This document shows, piece after piece, positions 8,949 through 18,770 of a DNA stretch of 64,000 bases. The stretch comes from a virus (Duplodnaviria; Caudoviricetes), in the IMG/VR virus record IMGVR_UViG_3300035390_000014, positions 138,720 to 202,719 of that record; one strand, 5' to 3'. The stretch's first letter is position 1. Each line of letters starts with the position of its first letter. A program made the translations under genes and the position numbers. The notes beneath the pieces were generated by a model. The model was not told the origin of the DNA. It worked only from the letters and a program-made list of their open reading frames with translations, and searched no databases.

Positions 8949-9024
8949 GCCGGTGTAGCTTATTGGGAGAGCCGAGAACTCTAAATTCTTGATTGAGTAA
9001 GTTCGATCCTTACCATCGGCACCA
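8949..9024 (+). tRNA. amber suppressor-type tRNA (anticodon CTA)
   Basis: Acceptor GCCGGTG/CATCGGC, D arm GCTT..GAGC with GG, anticodon arm GAGAA-CTCTAAA-TTCTT, T arm GTAAG-TTCGATC-CTTAC, A73, CCA. Confidence 0.85.
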
Positions 9025-9052
9025 AAATAATAATCATCCTGGGGATTAAAAT

Positions 9053-9688
9053 ATGTATTATACACTTTATAAAACTACCAATATATTAAATGGGAAATTT
9101 TATATTGGGTGTCATAAAACAAATGATCTCCATGATGATTATATTGGTTCAGGCAAATATTTAACTAATTCTATTAATAAATATGGTATAGAAAATTTTA
9201 TCAAAGAAATAATGCAATTATTTTTTTCATCTGAACAAATGTATGAGATGGAAAGTTTATTAGTTGATGAAAAATTTGTTGAAAGAAAAGATACTTATAA
9301 TTTAAAAGTTGGTGGTGAAGGCGGTTTTGATTATATTAATGAAAATGGATTAAAATGTAAAACTCCTTTTATGTCTGATGCATTTATTAATGCTAGAGAA
9401 AAAGTAATATTAAAAAGAAAAACCGATCTTGAATATGCTAAACAACATTATAAAAAAACAAGAGAAGGTTTAAAAAAATATTATAAAACTAATTATAATG
9501 CATTTAAAAATCAACAACATACTGAAGAAACAAAAAAGAAAATAGGTTTAAACACCTCTTTTCATCAAAAGGGTAAAAAAAATTCTCAGTATGGGACAAT
9601 GTGGATAACCGATGGTATTAATAATAAAAAAATAAAAAAAGTTTCTATGATTCCAGAAGGTTGGAATAAAGGTAGAAAATTGAAATAA
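9053..9688 (+). CDS. GIY-YIG homing endonuclease with NUMOD3-like segment
   Basis: LYKTTNILNGKFYIGCH, YIGSG, YNLKVGGEGG and HTEETKKKIG motifs; lies between two tRNA-type genes. Confidence 0.88.
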   Translation: MYYTLYKTTNILNGKFYIGCHKTNDLHDDYIGSGKYLTNSINKYGIENFIKEIMQLFFSSEQMYEMESLLVDEKFVERKDTYNLKVGGEGGFDYINENGLKCKTPFMSDAFINAREKVILKRKTDLEYAKQHYKKTREGLKKYYKTNYNAFKNQQHTEETKKKIGLNTSFHQKGKKNSQYGTMWITDGINNKKIKKVSMIPEGWNKGRKLK

Positions 9689-9767
9689 GTCCCTGTATAC
9701 CCTCTGATTACGAACCAGATGAAAGGTTAACGGACACATGGAGGTTCGAATCCTCTCAGGGATACCA
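9689..9767 (+). ncRNA. tRNA-like RNA lacking a D arm (ACG anticodon-like loop, long extra region)
   Basis: Acceptor GTCCCTG/CAGGGAT plus A-CCA, T arm with TTCGAAT loop, TCTG..TTACGAA..CAGA arm only ~7 nt after the acceptor strand. Confidence 0.6.
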
Positions 9768-9936
9768 AAAGTAAGCACCGGAGTTATCGGTGAAAAGATT
9801 GCTGGTGGAAGTCAACATGTTCATGCGATGGGGTTTAATTGGAGGGTATCTACGAATGCCCTCCAATTATTCCGTTGGAAAATTTATACAAAAAAAAGAG
9901 ACTTACCACATATGTAATGTGTGCTCTTTTTTTGTA

Positions 9937-10131
9937 TTAATTTAATTTATATTTTAATTCTTTAACTTTTCTATTAAATTCATCAACTTTACTTTCATAT
10001 TTTTTTCTGGCTTCTTTCATTCTATGATCTGATGATGTTGTGAGACCTAAAAATATAGCTGTATTTAAATTAAGTTTAATTAAATCCAATTCAATTTGCA
10101 TCTCATTAATTTTTTCAATAATATTTGACAT
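9937..10131 (-). CDS. hypothetical coiled-coil protein
   Basis: ORF track; part of a small minus-strand island. Confidence 0.55.
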   Translation of the reverse strand: MSNIIEKINEMQIELDLIKLNLNTAIFLGLTTSSDHRMKEARKKYESKVDEFNRKVKELKYKLN

Positions 10132-10534
10132 AATGACTTATTTTTCCTTCTTTTCAGATTTCTTTTCTTCATCTTCATCAATTTTCTTCAAAAACCAATA
10201 ACAATTAACAAATAAATTTTTAGATATTTGTTCATCTGTTATGTCTTCCGCCATTATTATTCTCCTTTAAATTCAAAGGTTGTAACAAAGATAATGTCTT
10301 AGCGGATATATAAACATTGATATAACCCATTACCTTTGTCACACCCTTATTAAGATTGCTAAGATGAACCTTAGTAAGAGTGTGACCGACATTAGTTTTC
10401 CTTCCCCAATGCCTTCGGAAGTTTAAAAATTTTATTTTTTCTTTGCGAGATATATCAATCCCCAAAGAACCAGCCCGACCATAACTATGTATGGCCAATA
10501 ATTACAGAAAAATAACATATTTTTTCTCCATAAA

Positions 10535-10780
10535 TTAATAATTAATAGTATAAGTATAACCAAATTCATTATACTTAGATACATCCACATCCTTTATTGC
10601 TCCAGCCTTTTTTAGAACTATTATAGCTCTAAAAATATGCATAACAGGAACATTAGGAAGTAACTCAGTCACATCTTGATCCCGAAAGAAAAATGGGAAC
10701 CCATTCCAATTATAATCTGTTTTAGAATGACGATCTTGAAGAGTTCTAACTGCTGCCAGGACTTGAATAAATAAATTCAT
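10535..10780 (-). CDS. hypothetical protein (possible wHTH)
   Basis: AGGAG RBS; preceded by the CTATATATATTA motif on the minus strand. Confidence 0.55.
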   Translation of the reverse strand: MNLFIQVLAAVRTLQDRHSKTDYNWNGFPFFFRDQDVTELLPNVPVMHIFRAIIVLKKAGAIKDVDVSKYNEFGYTYTINY

Positions 10781-10942
10781 GTTATTCTCCTATAAAAAAT
10801 TATATATACCGGAATATCTGAGTGATAATCCTTATATGCTATTACTCAATAATATATATAGTAAATCCATCTAAATGGGATCCCTAAATAAGAAACTATT
10901 TTCAACAAAAGGAACATATTATAAATTAAAGGAGAATGATTT

Positions 10943-11413
10943 ATGAGCGAAACAATTATTGTAGCACCACATTCAGACGACGAAATTATTGGATGTTTTC
11001 AAATTTTGGACAACCCAGATATAAAACCTATTATTATTTACACAGAAGATATGGACAAAGAAAGACAAAATGAATGTAGAGGAATAAGAGAACATTTCTC
11101 AATTAAAGGTCAAATGTTTCTCCATAGTATCCCACCTCAATTTTTAAATACATTAAATACATTTTATTTTCCAGGTCCTGATGAAATTCACCCAGCTCAT
11201 AGAACTCAAGCAGCTATAGGTGAAGCGTTGGCAAGACAAGGGTTGAATGTTATTTTTTATTCTACAAATATGAATGTTCCTTTTATTGAGGAAGAAACAT
11301 TTCCAGATAGAAAAAAAGAAATGTTAGATAAAATTTATCCTAGTCAATCTGATTTATGGAAGTATGACCATAAGTACTTTTTGTTTCGTGGATTTATGAA
11401 ATGGATCTTCTAA
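10943..11413 (+). CDS. PIG-L/LmbE-family de-N-acetylase-like protein
   Basis: IIVAPHSDDEIIGC (PHxDDE) and later HPAH motif; promoter at 10911-10926. Confidence 0.8.
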   Translation: MSETIIVAPHSDDEIIGCFQILDNPDIKPIIIYTEDMDKERQNECRGIREHFSIKGQMFLHSIPPQFLNTLNTFYFPGPDEIHPAHRTQAAIGEALARQGLNVIFYSTNMNVPFIEEETFPDRKKEMLDKIYPSQSDLWKYDHKYFLFRGFMKWIF

Positions 11414-11643
11414 GTAATATAGTTGGTTGTATATCATTAATAACAACTGTCATTGGAATGTATTATGTTTCTAAAAAAATAAAAACTGGTTTTATATATT
11501 ATAGTATAAGTTTAATTGCTCAATTGATTTTATTTATACTAATATCTAATTGGTTTTTAGTTTTACAAATGGTAGTATTATTATCATCTAATGTATATAT
11601 TTATTGGAAATGGAGAAAAGACGATGTCATTAGTAATAATTGA
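11401..11643 (+). CDS. small membrane protein, PnuC/PQ-loop-like
   Basis: Three hydrophobic helices, ending YIYWKW. Confidence 0.45.
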   Translation: MDLLSNIVGCISLITTVIGMYYVSKKIKTGFIYYSISLIAQLILFILISNWFLVLQMVVLLSSNVYIYWKWRKDDVISNN

Positions 11644-11917
11644 AGATGATATATTAGAGAAATGTATTGATAAATGGGGTGCTAATTTTCAGGTTGAATT
11701 AGCAGTAGAAGAGATTGGTGAATTAATTGAACAATTAGGTTCAACTCTTAAATCAATTAATCAATATAAAAGAGATAGAATTGGGTTAGAAAGATTAATG
11801 GAAGAATTTGCTGATGTATTTTTAATGATGCAGCAAATGAGAGCAATTGATCAAAAATTATTTGATGATATTTCTGAATATAAAGTGGAGAGATTAAAGG
11901 AGAGATTAGAAAAATGA
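11624..11917 (+). CDS. MazG-like nucleotide pyrophosphohydrolase
   Basis: KWG...AVEEIGEL...EEFADV motif pattern. Confidence 0.75.
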   Translation: MSLVIIEDDILEKCIDKWGANFQVELAVEEIGELIEQLGSTLKSINQYKRDRIGLERLMEEFADVFLMMQQMRAIDQKLFDDISEYKVERLKERLEK

Positions 11918-12141
11918 AAGATCTTAGTTTTGTATTGAGTATTGGTAGTAGTGAAGATGGGGAAATAGCAAGTAGACAATTAACTGTTGAATGGAATAAA
12001 GAATTAGAAACTAATATGAAAGTATATCATAATTTAGATCTTAAAAATTCTATTAGTGGGATACTTTTAGATCAAATAAAAGAATCAATTACTTTAGAAT
12101 TAATAGAAGAATTAATAGATGATGCCTTAGAGGTGAATTAA
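11914..12141 (+). CDS. hypothetical protein
   Basis: ORF track; coupled to its neighbours. Confidence 0.55.
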   Translation: MKDLSFVLSIGSSEDGEIASRQLTVEWNKELETNMKVYHNLDLKNSISGILLDQIKESITLELIEELIDDALEVN

Positions 12142-13116
12142 ATGAGTAGATTAATTTATGTTCCTCAATATCCAGCTAACATGCGCTATCAGGAATGGTG
12201 GCTTTCTGAGTTCACTAAAGAGTTTGAAAAAGAATATGATGAAGTAGAAATTCTTGGACTAAATTGGTTGGTACAAAATATGGATTATGTTAGTAGTGAA
12301 TATGATACAGCCATGTTTTCTCCAATTAATAAAGCTGCTAGATTTGAAACATCACAAATGGATGACTATATGGCTCTTGATATACGTGATGATGATACCC
12401 TATTTCTCTCTGACATAAGCTTTCCTGGGTTGTTTTGTAATGTCCTATACCATAAGACGTGTCCAAAAATGTACGCGTTCTGCCACGCCACATCGCTTAA
12501 TAAGTATGATTATTTTGCACCTATGCGTAAACATAAAAAGAAAATTGAATTAAATCACGCTCAGTTATTTGATGGTATTTTCTTTGGAAGTTATTATAGT
12601 ATAAATAAAACTAAATGGTCTGAAAAAGGTATTAAGTGTCATAGAGTAACACTACCAGCGCCTCCAGAAGATTTAATTAAACCAGTCCATGTCAGTGATT
12701 ATAGAGATATTGATATTGTTTCTGTTTGTAGACCTTCTATTCAAAAGGTAAATAAAAAACTTGAGAAAAAAGTTGAACAAGCTTTAGGTATTAAAATACA
12801 TAGAGAAGAAGTTAATACTTGGGAACAGTATAATATTTTACTAGCCAGATCAAAAGTATTACTAATTTCGACAAAAGAAGACACTTTTAACTACACGATC
12901 ATGGATGCTATTAGATGTGGTTGTATTCCGTTGGTTCCTAATACATTATGTTTCCCTGAAATTGTTCCATTGTATTGGCGATATAGTCATGCAGGAAATT
13001 TAATTTTAAAATTGCAACATATATTTAATGATAAAACATTTATTTTACCAGAAATGATTTGTCAAGATGAAGTTGATAATTTTTTTAAAAATATAATTAA
13101 AATAATGAAGAGGTAA
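12142..13116 (+). CDS. GT-B (GT4-like) glycosyltransferase
   Basis: C-terminal SKVLLISTKEDTFNYTIMDAIRCGCIPLVP..FPEI resembles the GT4 E-x7-E region. Confidence 0.7.
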   Translation: MSRLIYVPQYPANMRYQEWWLSEFTKEFEKEYDEVEILGLNWLVQNMDYVSSEYDTAMFSPINKAARFETSQMDDYMALDIRDDDTLFLSDISFPGLFCNVLYHKTCPKMYAFCHATSLNKYDYFAPMRKHKKKIELNHAQLFDGIFFGSYYSINKTKWSEKGIKCHRVTLPAPPEDLIKPVHVSDYRDIDIVSVCRPSIQKVNKKLEKKVEQALGIKIHREEVNTWEQYNILLARSKVLLISTKEDTFNYTIMDAIRCGCIPLVPNTLCFPEIVPLYWRYSHAGNLILKLQHIFNDKTFILPEMICQDEVDNFFKNIIKIMKR

Positions 13117-13120
13117 ACAT

Positions 13121-13975
13121 ATGTTATGTGATTATGGTTGTGGTAAAGAGGCTACTCACCAATTTAAAAACGGTAAGTGGTGTTGTTCTAAACTATCAGT
13201 ACATTGAGCTAAAATAGTTTCTATTAGGTCAATAGAAATAAAGAAAACTGCTAATACTCAAAAACATAAAGATAAAATGAGTAAAGTAATTAAAAAAATA
13301 TGGAAAGACCCAAATCATATTTATAATGATAAAGAACATCAGAAAAAGAGAAATAAAATCTTAAGTAAAGCTCATTCTAAACCAGAAACAAAAAAACTTA
13401 GATCAAAAATAATGAAAGAAAAATGGAAAGATAAAAATTCTGGATTGAATAACTCTAAAAGAAGTGAAGGAGCTTCAGAATCAATGATAAAAGTTTGGAG
13501 TTCTCTTAGTGAAGAAGAAAGAAATCAGTGGTGTATTAACTGTTCTGTAGGATGGACTGAAGAAAAAAGGATAGAAAAATCTAAAGTTGCTAAACAAAAA
13601 TGGTCAGAAGATGATTATAGAATTAAAATGAAAGATGGTAGACATAACTCTCCAAATAAGGAAGAAGAACAACTAGAAGAATTATTAAATAATTTATTTC
13701 CCAATGAATATAAATTTGTAGGAAATTTTGATTTATTTATAAATGGTAAAAATCCAGATTTTGTAAATATTTTAAGTAAAAAAGTTATAGAATATTTTGG
13801 TTCTTATTGGCATAGTGAATTAATGACAGGTGAAAAAGAATATATTCATGAAAATAAAAGAATAAATCATTTTATAAATAGTGGATATAATTGTTTAATT
13901 ATTTGGGATTTTGAATTTAAAAATAAGAAAGAACTTATTAAAAAATTAAAAAAATTTAATCAGGAGATATTATAA
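13121..13975 (+). CDS. homing-endonuclease-like protein (N-terminal Cys motif, basic repeats, PD-(D/E)XK/Vsr-like C-terminus) with an in-frame TGA at 13205-13207
   Basis: AGAGGT RBS before ATG 13121, same frame as the 13277 ORF, which has no RBS; NPDF..KVIEYFGSYWH..CLIIWDFE nuclease motifs. Confidence 0.65.
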
Positions 13976-14481
13976 TGCCTTTTCGGACTTTTTTTGACTG
14001 GTGTTTTGATGGAAACATTAAAAATGAAATACCTAGTGGTGAAGGGGTTCCTGAGATTTTAAAATATAATTCACCAATTCATTCAGATTTTTTGATGAAA
14101 TCTTTTGTTACAAATGGTAAGTTGAATCATTACTTAAATAAATATCTTAATAATATTGGAGTTAGATATATTAGTAAAGAAGATTTATTTTATTTTTATA
14201 AACAATGTGTAATTGATTTTAAAATTAAAAGAGGTGATATTCATTATGTTGGGTGGTCAAAAAATGATATCTTATTTACTAAATTATCAAAGAAAAGACC
14301 TTTATTAAAGAAAGATGAAATACAAATATTATGTGAAATAATTGATAAATCAGATGATAAGGATTCTATATATAGGTCACTTGGTATTGATAAAAAAGAA
14401 GTAGAGAAAAAGAAAATAAAAAAGAAAGTCACCAAGATAAGTAGTAAGAATTTTATTGCTCAAAATTTTGGAATAATGTAG
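13975..14481 (+). CDS. possible clamp-loader small subunit (T4 gp62-like)
   Basis: Size, position before the polymerase and a weak LFYFY..KRG..W.K resemblance. Confidence 0.35.
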   Translation: MPFRTFFDWCFDGNIKNEIPSGEGVPEILKYNSPIHSDFLMKSFVTNGKLNHYLNKYLNNIGVRYISKEDLFYFYKQCVIDFKIKRGDIHYVGWSKNDILFTKLSKKRPLLKKDEIQILCEIIDKSDDKDSIYRSLGIDKKEVEKKKIKKKVTKISSKNFIAQNFGIM

Positions 14482-14490
14482 GAGATTTTT

Positions 14491-14679
14491 ATGAATTGTC
14501 ATAATTGTAAAGCAAGTATGAAAAAAATGGGACAAACCAATACCTGGATACAAAAACATTTTTACTGGTGCCCAGAATGTGGAACATTTGCAATAGAAGA
14601 ACACGACATTAAACTCCAACCAGATACTATATGGTATAAACCAGGTTATTTATTAGAATTTAATAAGGGGAAGAAATGA
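14491..14679 (+). CDS. small Zn-ribbon protein
   Basis: CHNC...WCPECGT. Confidence 0.6.
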   Translation: MNCHNCKASMKKMGQTNTWIQKHFYWCPECGTFAIEEHDIKLQPDTIWYKPGYLLEFNKGKK

Positions 14680-17600
14680 AAATAATGCAATCATTTGCAG
14701 ATTGTTTAGGTTGTAAATTAATTGATGCAGATTCATGCATTATGGATACTAATTCAAGAGCTGATTTAACCCAGGTTGATGTTGTTTTTGTTGCCGAAAA
14801 TCCAGGTAAGGATGAAATTAAACAAGAGAAACCAATGGTTGGTAGATCAGGAAAAACATTCAGAAAATTTTTTGACCAATATATTAAAAAAGATTATAAA
14901 TGGCTATTAACCAATGCTGTTATGTGTTTAACATTAGATGAAAAAGGTAATACAGGAACTCCTGATGACGAAACAATTGAAAGATGTAAAGTAAATTGTT
15001 TTAATATAATTAAAACTTGTAAACCAAAATTGATAGTACTTCTTGGGACTAGTCCAATGAAAGCATTTGGTATTGCTGAAAATGGAGTAACCAAAAGACG
15101 TGGTCAATTTTTTAAATGGGAAGGGTTTGATGTTCTATTAACAATTCATCCAAGTTATGTTAATAGGGATAGAAAAGAAAGAGAACCTATATTTGAAGAA
15201 GATATAAAAACTGCGGCTGAGTTTCTTAGTTCTGATGAAGTGGGAAGTTTTGATCTTACTCCAAAAACAGCATTTACTAATGATAGTTTAGCAGTTGGTA
15301 ATAAAGGAATCTATAGATATCAAATACCAAAAAAGTTTTACACAGAAGACTATAGATTGGTTGATATACAATTCCTGAGTCGAGCTGAGAAGGTCTTATA
15401 CATTTTTAGGGATAAGGATAACAATAAAGTATATCACACTGAAAATGATGACTATTACTGTTATCAATCACCTGCTGATGTTGAGGCAAGAAAGATTGTG
15501 TCTTATGATAAATTAGATATTGTTAAATTGCCTTATAAAGATAAAATAAAATTAAATAGTGATATAACATATGAAGGTGATTTAAGAATAACTGTTAAAC
15601 ATGCCTTTGATTACTATGCCCAAAACAAAGGTGAAGCAAAAAGAATATCATCTAATATTATGTTTTGTGATATTGAAATTGATGTTGGAATTAACAATCA
15701 AACATTTCCTCAACCAAGTGAAGCATTGTATCCAGTTGATTTAATCACAAGCATATTTCAAACACCTAAAAAGAAAATTTGTTATATATTGGATAATGGG
15801 TCAGAAGAAATTAAACCAATTGAAGATGTTGAATTTAAAATCTTTAAAAATGAAAAGAATTTAATTTTAGCATGGATTAGAGATTTTAAATTTTATGATC
15901 CTGATTTTATGTCTGGTTGGAATTTTATTGGTTTTGATATGGAATATATGTTCAACAGAATGAAGAGACTTAAAATTCCAATTTCAACTATGTCAAAATT
16001 TAAAGAGTTTTATTGTGATGGTGAAAGATTTTTATGTAAGTTACCTGGTTGTATTGTATTGGATCAGATGCATCTTTATAAAATGTTTACCTTTACTAAA
16101 ATGGAAAATTATAAATTAGACTTTATTGCTTACCATGAATTAAAAAGAAATAAATTGGAGTTGCCTGCAAAGTTTAATAAAATGTATTGGGAGCATTTGA
16201 ATACTCTAATTGAATACAATGTTTTAGATACTGTATTGCTTGAAGAGTTGGAGAATAAAGTAAACCATATTAATCTTTTAAATGAGTTGAGGACTATTTG
16301 TACTGCAAGTTTTGAAGCAGCTGCTTCACCTCAAAATCAGGTCGATTCAATTGTTGTTAATTTTTTAAGAGAAAAAGGTCTTTCATCTAAGAATGCTGAA
16401 ACCCATGCTAAAAAGAAATACCCTGGAGCATTTGTATTAACTCCAGACCCAGGCATTTATGATACAGCAGTTGACTTTGATTTTAAATCTCTATATCCAT
16501 CTCTTATTAGAACTTATAACATTGGACTAAACAACTTTATAATGAGAACAAAAGAACCCATATTAGGTTATGATCTTGCATATAATAGAGATTTACTTCC
16601 GGATAAAATTTCAATGATAATGGATCCAATGTTTTCAAATAAAGAAGTTGTAATGAATAAAGAAGATATCTTTAAACAAATTGAAGATGAAGAATTGATT
16701 CATACAGTTAATGGTTGTTTCTATACTAACCATGAAAAAGAACTTTCTTGGTATAGTTTAATTCTGGAGAATCTTCTTAATTCCAGAACCAATTATAAAA
16801 ACTTAATGTTTAAAGCTAAAGATGAAGGCAACAAAGAATTAAAGGAATTGTATTTTACTAAGCAGTTAGTATATAAGGTTGTCGCAAATACACTTTATGG
16901 TGTCATTGCTAATAAATCATTTAGATTCTTTAATTTAGCTTGTGCAGCAGCTATCACATTAAGTGGGCAAGAGGCATTGAAAGCTTCTGTTATTGAAGGT
17001 AATAATTATATGTCTCATTTAAAAACTGGTGATGCATTAGTTAGAGAACCAATAGCAAGTAAAGTTGAAATGTATCATGATCCTGAATCACCAACTGGAG
17101 CATTTCCAACAAGAGAATTTGATTATATAATAACAGGAGATACCGATTCAATTTTTTGTTGTTTTGAAGCATTTAAAGGTGATAAATCAGATGAAGTAAT
17201 ACATGGACATTGTGGAAAAATTCAAGATTATTTGAATGGTGAAATAATGAAAGAAATAGTTGAAGCTCATAATGTTAGATTTGAAGAATGTAAATTAGTT
17301 TTAAAAAATGAGTTGATTATTTCAAGAGGATTATTTCTTGCTAAAAAGAGATATGCTATTCATGTAACTAATAATGAAGGCGTTAAATGTGATGAAGTTA
17401 ATTACATGGGAATTGAAGTTAAAAGGTCCGACTTTCCAAGTCATTCAAAAGTGTTTCTAAAAGAGTTACTTGATATTGTTTTAAAACAAGAGAATATAAC
17501 AGTACCAAAACTTTTTAAATTTGTTCATAGTAAAGAAAAAGAGTTTAGAAAATTAATTTTACAAGGAAGTAAAACAGTAGGCCGTCCAGTTTCTTTTGGT

Positions 17601-17951
17601 AAAGAGCTAAAGAAATATAAAACTATACCTCAAGGGGTAAGAGCTATGTTAGCTTTTAATGATATCTCATATACAGCACATTACCCTGGTTCGAGGGGAT
17701 ATATGTTTAGGGTTAGAGGGATTGATTATACTAAGGCGCCACAGGAAGTAATTGATAATTACGAAAAGAATTTTATTGTTAAAGGTAGAAAGTTAGAGGT
17801 TATAGCTATACCTGATGAAGAAGATTTTTTGCCAGATTATTATATTCCTGATGTTACAGGTAATCTTGATTTTGCTTATACAGCAAGATATAAATTAATG
17901 TTGGATCCATTAATTAAAGTCCAACAGGCACAAAGGATATTAACTATATGA
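14676..17951 (+). CDS. family B DNA polymerase with an N-terminal family-4 uracil-DNA glycosylase domain
   Basis: UDG4: CLGCKL, FVAENPG, TNAVMC, KLIVLLG, TIHPS. Exonuclease: DIEID, GWNFIGFD, YNVLD. PolB: DFKSLYPS, KVVANTLYG, TGDTDS, KKRY. Confidence 0.93.
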   Translation: MKIMQSFADCLGCKLIDADSCIMDTNSRADLTQVDVVFVAENPGKDEIKQEKPMVGRSGKTFRKFFDQYIKKDYKWLLTNAVMCLTLDEKGNTGTPDDETIERCKVNCFNIIKTCKPKLIVLLGTSPMKAFGIAENGVTKRRGQFFKWEGFDVLLTIHPSYVNRDRKEREPIFEEDIKTAAEFLSSDEVGSFDLTPKTAFTNDSLAVGNKGIYRYQIPKKFYTEDYRLVDIQFLSRAEKVLYIFRDKDNNKVYHTENDDYYCYQSPADVEARKIVSYDKLDIVKLPYKDKIKLNSDITYEGDLRITVKHAFDYYAQNKGEAKRISSNIMFCDIEIDVGINNQTFPQPSEALYPVDLITSIFQTPKKKICYILDNGSEEIKPIEDVEFKIFKNEKNLILAWIRDFKFYDPDFMSGWNFIGFDMEYMFNRMKRLKIPISTMSKFKEFYCDGERFLCKLPGCIVLDQMHLYKMFTFTKMENYKLDFIAYHELKRNKLELPAKFNKMYWEHLNTLIEYNVLDTVLLEELENKVNHINLLNELRTICTASFEAAASPQNQVDSIVVNFLREKGLSSKNAETHAKKKYPGAFVLTPDPGIYDTAVDFDFKSLYPSLIRTYNIGLNNFIMRTKEPILGYDLAYNRDLLPDKISMIMDPMFSNKEVVMNKEDIFKQIEDEELIHTVNGCFYTNHEKELSWYSLILENLLNSRTNYKNLMFKAKDEGNKELKELYFTKQLVYKVVANTLYGVIANKSFRFFNLACAAAITLSGQEALKASVIEGNNYMSHLKTGDALVREPIASKVEMYHDPESPTGAFPTREFDYIITGDTDSIFCCFEAFKGDKSDEVIHGHCGKIQDYLNGEIMKEIVEAHNVRFEECKLVLKNELIISRGLFLAKKRYAIHVTNNEGVKCDEVNYMGIEVKRSDFPSHSKVFLKELLDIVLKQENITVPKLFKFVHSKEKEFRKLILQGSKTVGRPVSFGKELKKYKTIPQGVRAMLAFNDISYTAHYPGSRGYMFRVRGIDYTKAPQEVIDNYEKNFIVKGRKLEVIAIPDEEDFLPDYYIPDVTGNLDFAYTARYKLMLDPLIKVQQAQRILTI

Positions 17952-18562
17952 AAGAAATAAGAGATTATGATTGGTATAGTAACGAATGGCCATTTTTATT
18001 TCAAGTTGAAGATTTAAAAAGAGATTTAAAAACTAATGGAGTTTTGGGTCATTGTAAAAATAAAAATTGTAAACATTCTGTGGAAAATGATGGATGGTAT
18101 TTGTTAAATAATGCTGATCTTTATTATAGAAATTGGGGATTAATAAGAAATTGGGATACTTATAATTTTTATTGTAGTCAAGAATGTAAAGAAGAATGTC
18201 CTATATATGGTAAAACAGCTTCCGCATTAATTAAACAATATGGATTAATTATAACTGATAATGATGAAGATGCTGATGAATGGGGAAGTGAACCTTATAC
18301 TTCATCAGAAAAACAAGAGTGGAGAATAAATGTTTTTGAAAGAGAAAATGGGAAGTGTCAATTTTGTGGAGGAAAAGCAATACATGTTCACCATGAAAAA
18401 CCTGTTAAAACTCACCCAATATTTGCATTAGATCCTGATAATGGTATATGTGCTTGTATTAAATGTCATTATAAATATGGACATAAAACAGGAACCCCAT
18501 GCTCTACTGGAAATTTAGCTCAAACAATTTGTAAAAAAATTGTGAAGGAGGTATCATTATGA
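17948..18562 (+). CDS. HNH endonuclease
   Basis: CQFCGG...HVHHEKP...DPDNGICACIKCH. Confidence 0.8.
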   Translation: MKEIRDYDWYSNEWPFLFQVEDLKRDLKTNGVLGHCKNKNCKHSVENDGWYLLNNADLYYRNWGLIRNWDTYNFYCSQECKEECPIYGKTASALIKQYGLIITDNDEDADEWGSEPYTSSEKQEWRINVFERENGKCQFCGGKAIHVHHEKPVKTHPIFALDPDNGICACIKCHYKYGHKTGTPCSTGNLAQTICKKIVKEVSL

Positions 18563-18770
18563 AAAGAGATTATTCAAATTTTATTGATGAAACTTATATA
18601 CATAATGAAGACTTAGTACCATGTATAAAAGAGGAAATTAAAAAAACTATTAAGGAAGATCCTATAGATGATGCAGTTGAAAATATTATGGAATTAATAT
18701 TTGAAACTAGATATGAATGGTAGGAAATAATTTAACATAATAAGAACATATTATAAATTAAAGGAGAGCT

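Noticed and set aside
8949-9024. tRNA-Pyl
   Set aside because: It has a standard D-loop with GG, a TTCGA T-loop, two nucleotides between acceptor and D stems and A73, and no pyl genes are in the window.
10232-10498. 88-aa minus-strand ORF
   Set aside because: No RBS, and its 3' end overlaps a better-supported short ORF (MAEDITDEQ..., AGGAG RBS); left uncalled.
14676-15250. Uracil-substituted genome or UdgX-type suicide enzyme
   Set aside because: dUTPase and ThyX argue for normal thymine DNA, and the UdgX KRRIH loop is absent.
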